A stretch of DNA of 64,000 bases from Hyaloraphidium curvatum SAG 235-1 (Eukaryota; Fungi; Monoblepharomycota): NCBI GenBank assembly GCA_025558095.1, contig JAIVFI010000007.1:186001-250000 (forward strand), given 5' to 3'. The notes under the pieces were generated by a model, which saw only the letters and a program-made list of their open reading frames with translations, searched no databases and had not been told where the DNA came from. The translations under genes and the position numbers were made by a program. Shown piece by piece: positions 61,017 to 64,000 of this stretch (its first letter is position 1; the number at the start of each line of letters is the position of its first letter).

Positions 61017-63710
61017 ATGCCCCTCCCGGCGCCGACGCCGACGCGTGCTTCCGAGCTGCGCGCCGGCGCGATCTCGGGCACGCCCGCCGCGCCCGTGCGG
61101 CGAGCGGGGTCGACGGTGTCGGCGGTGTCGGCGACGTCGCGCACTTCCGTGCGGAGCGCGGCGCCCCGCAACCCGCCCGCGGGCCCGGCGGGGACGAGCG
61201 CCGCAGCAAGGGCAAAGGCCGCGCTGCCGACCGCCGCGCAGAGCTCCCCGGCCGCCGCACCGCTGGGCGCACGGGGCGCCAAGCCGGCCGCCCCAAACAC
61301 AAACACGGCACGTTCGGTCGCGGGAAGCACGAAGGGACCCGCGAAACCCCCGCCGAAGCCCGTTCCGAAGCCGCCGCCGCCAAAGAAGCCAGCGGAGGAC
61401 ACGGTGGCCTCGTTTCCCGGCCGGGCCAAGGCAGCAAAGACGCTGCCCCGGCCTGTCACTGTCGCCGAGCTCAAAGCGTCCGCGGAAGCGCTCAACACGC
61501 CGAATTCCCTCTTTGGCCCGTCGCCCAGGACGACCGGGAATACTGCCACGCGGCAGAATGGGCCCACGACCCCGGGCAGGATCCCCACCGCGACGGCGAC
61601 ACCCCGGCGCGTGCCCAGCGCGCCGAAACCCTCGAGCCCGGCGCCGGCCCCGCCGCAGCAACAAGCCATGGGCGGGATCCCGACCGAAGCAGTGCTACAG
61701 AAGCTTCTGGATCTTGAGTCGGAGCGGACGAGGCTGAGGATCGCGAACGCGGAGCTGCAGGCCGAGATGGAGAGGTGCGTTGCTCCGCGGGCCACTTTCT
61801 ACCCTCGCATCTGATTTTGTTGTGTTGCTATTTCCGCACCGTGCCGAACACTTTTCTGTTGGCCTTGCTCCAGGATCAAAACGGCCCCGCCGCCCCAATC
61901 CCCCGCCCGCACCCCTCCCCGCTCCCCCGCCCCAGAATTCCGGCTGCAGGACGAGGACCCGCCTTTCGACGAGATGTACGAGCGCGCGGTGGCCAAGATG
62001 CGGCTGATGATCGGGGACGCGAGCAGGGTGCTGCGCGGGCACGGGGAGGAGACGCCGACGACGGCGGTGGACGGGAACGCCCACGGGCCCGAGGGTCCGA
62101 CGGCGGTGTCGGCCCCGGCTCCGGACGCTGCGAAAGCGGAGGAGCCGAAACCGACCGCCGATTTGGAGTCCACCGTCGGGGTTGCCATCGCCGAGCCCGA
62201 GGCGCCTTCTTTGGAACCTGCTTCTGCCGAAGTCGCAGTTACGCCCACGGAGCCTGAGGTTTCGGTTGCGGAGCCCTTGGTTGCTGCTGCGGAACCAGCT
62301 GCTGTCGCAGAACCCGCGGCGGTCGTCGATCCCGATCCCGCATCGGAACCTGCATCTGCACCGGCGCCCGACGACGCGTCATCCGCGCCGGCCGAGCCTG
62401 CGCCTCCGGTCGCGGTCGTCGAGAAGGTGGAGCAGGAGCCAGAGGCACCCACGCGTCCGGCGCCGGAAGAGCAGCGCTCGGAGGACCAGCTGTTCAGCAG
62501 CGCCGTGGAGCTGCTCGGCTCTTCGGACGACGTCTCGGGCGAAGCTGTTCCCGAGCCGCTCGCTGCTTCGAAATCCGATGAGGAGGCCTCGCGAGAGGTG
62601 CAGCACGGGGAGGAGTCCGTGGAGGAGGTCAGCAGGGAGGAACCAATGAAGCTGGTACCAGCGGGACAAGCACCAGCACTTGAAGCACCGAAGGAGGAGC
62701 TTTCTGTTGAACACCCACCGCCTGCGGTTTCGTTGGGGGACAAGGAGCTGCCGGAAAAGATCAGGATGCCGGGTCACCTTTCTGCCGTGCTGGAAGAGCC
62801 CAAGACGCCGACGCAGGAGGCGCCTCCTCCTATCGCACCAAAGGTCGAAGTCGCAAAGGAGGCGATTCCGGTGACGACCTCGGGCCGCTCCCTCTCCCCC
62901 GACGACACGGCGGCTTCGGGCTCCGCTGGCCGGAGCAGCTCGATTGACACGCTCCCAATGACTCCCTTCGGCAAGGGCCTTTCGTCGCCCCCGGGCTCGG
63001 ACGATGGTCGCGCCTCGCGCCCCAAGAACCTCTTCACGGAGCTCGATCGCCTCTCGATCCGCTCCGCACCCGTTTGGCGGCGCGCCAAGTTCTCGCCTCC
63101 GAGCCTGGCCGACGACCTGGACGGCCTGGCCGAGGACCACGTCTCGGAGGACGGCAAATCCGAGACCTCTTCGGCCGTTCTCTCCGACGCCCCCACCGAC
63201 GCCTCGTACGCCTCTGCGCACGAGGTCGAGCTGGACGCCGCCGAAGCCCGCAGGGCAGCGCTGAGGCTCATCACCCTCCTCCGCGAGCTCGAGACTGCCG
63301 CCGCCGGTCTGGCCTCGCAGCCCAACCCGGCACCGGCGCCGGCATCTCCCCCGACCCCCGCTTTCGGACTGAACATGCTGGTCCGCGACGCCGTCGCCGG
63401 CCCCGCCGTGGCCTCGGCTTCTACGACCCCGCAGGCCGCGGTGCTGAGGCTCGCCAGGGAGGCACTCTCGGTCTCGGAGGCGTTCGGAAGGCTTTGCGGG
63501 CTCGAGGCCGCGGCACCGGCACCGGCGTCGCCCAAGGTGCAGCAAAGCGCGCAGGCGAGCAGGCCGCCGGCGCCGAGGCAGGCGAGGCCGGGGCTGAGGG
63601 AGATGGTGGGAAGGCAGGCGCTGCTGGGCGGGCCGCTGGGGCCGGCGGGTACGGGCGTTTTTGGCGCGAGCATGCGAAGGCCTCCGGGGTACGCGGCCAG
63701 TATCGTTTAA
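61017..63710 (+). CDS. Low-complexity Pro/Ala/Glu-rich protein with coiled-coil segments, 1 intron (61775-61873); function unknown
   Basis: Basic Pro/Thr/Ala N-terminus, LQKLLDLESERTRLRIANAELQAEMER coiled coil, in-frame splice into the acidic 578-aa ORF; strong GC3 bias. Confidence 0.7.
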
Positions 63711-64000
63711 CGCATGATGCTGGTGAGGCGCAGTGGACGATACCGAGGATACCCAGACCAAAGGACAATACCCTGTAGATAACTTTTTCGCCGTTTTTGG
63801 ATATTGCCTACTAATATCGACGCCGTACATCGTTCTACGTCCTGCCGGGCACCGTCTAGAGCGGGATGTTGCCTGCCACCCGACCAACATAAGCCACAGG
63901 CCAAGAAGTGCCAACCGTGGTGATGACCCACCGTGCTTTTTCGCCGGGTTGACCAGCTTCTTAGTCCTCAGCATTCTCAGGTCCTCGATGATCCGCCGCC

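Overview
Eukaryotic, GC-rich, gene-dense nuclear DNA with many short (about 50-70 nt) GT-AG introns and a few GC-AG introns. Gene content includes a fungal-type H2A/H2B pair with introns, MGM101 and SFH5-like genes, together with ciliary ARMC4- and WDR49-like genes and Strawberry notch. This suggests an early-diverging zoosporic fungus (chytrid/monoblepharid-like); the taxon is an inference. About 30 protein genes were reconstructed by manual splicing. Housekeeping genes: H2A, H2B, CTF18, cytosolic IleRS, NDUFS2, Sed5, Sec18/NSF, BCAT, D-lactate dehydrogenase, peroxisomal ANT1, MGM101, mito EF-Ts, Mpv17, DFG10. Accessory genes: a Cys-rich protein, tandem F-box-like genes, a mitochondrial AcuI/YhdH, a PTS1-bearing beta-lactamase-like hydrolase, a membrane-anchored geranylgeranyl-reductase-family enzyme and a divergent forkhead factor. 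The most unusual item is a minus-strand locus at 58213-60049, hidden across several reading frames. It reconstructs to RING + TRAF zinc fingers + coiled coil + transmembrane helix + MATH-like domain, i.e. a TRAF with a built-in membrane anchor. It carries four 1-nt frameshifts and an exact 147-bp tandem duplication. A strongly self-complementary intergenic stretch with an Sm-like site (24290-24860) may be an unannotated ncRNA. No rRNA, tRNA, CRISPR or transposase was recognised. All calls come from reading the sequence; no searches were run, and some exon boundaries are approximate.
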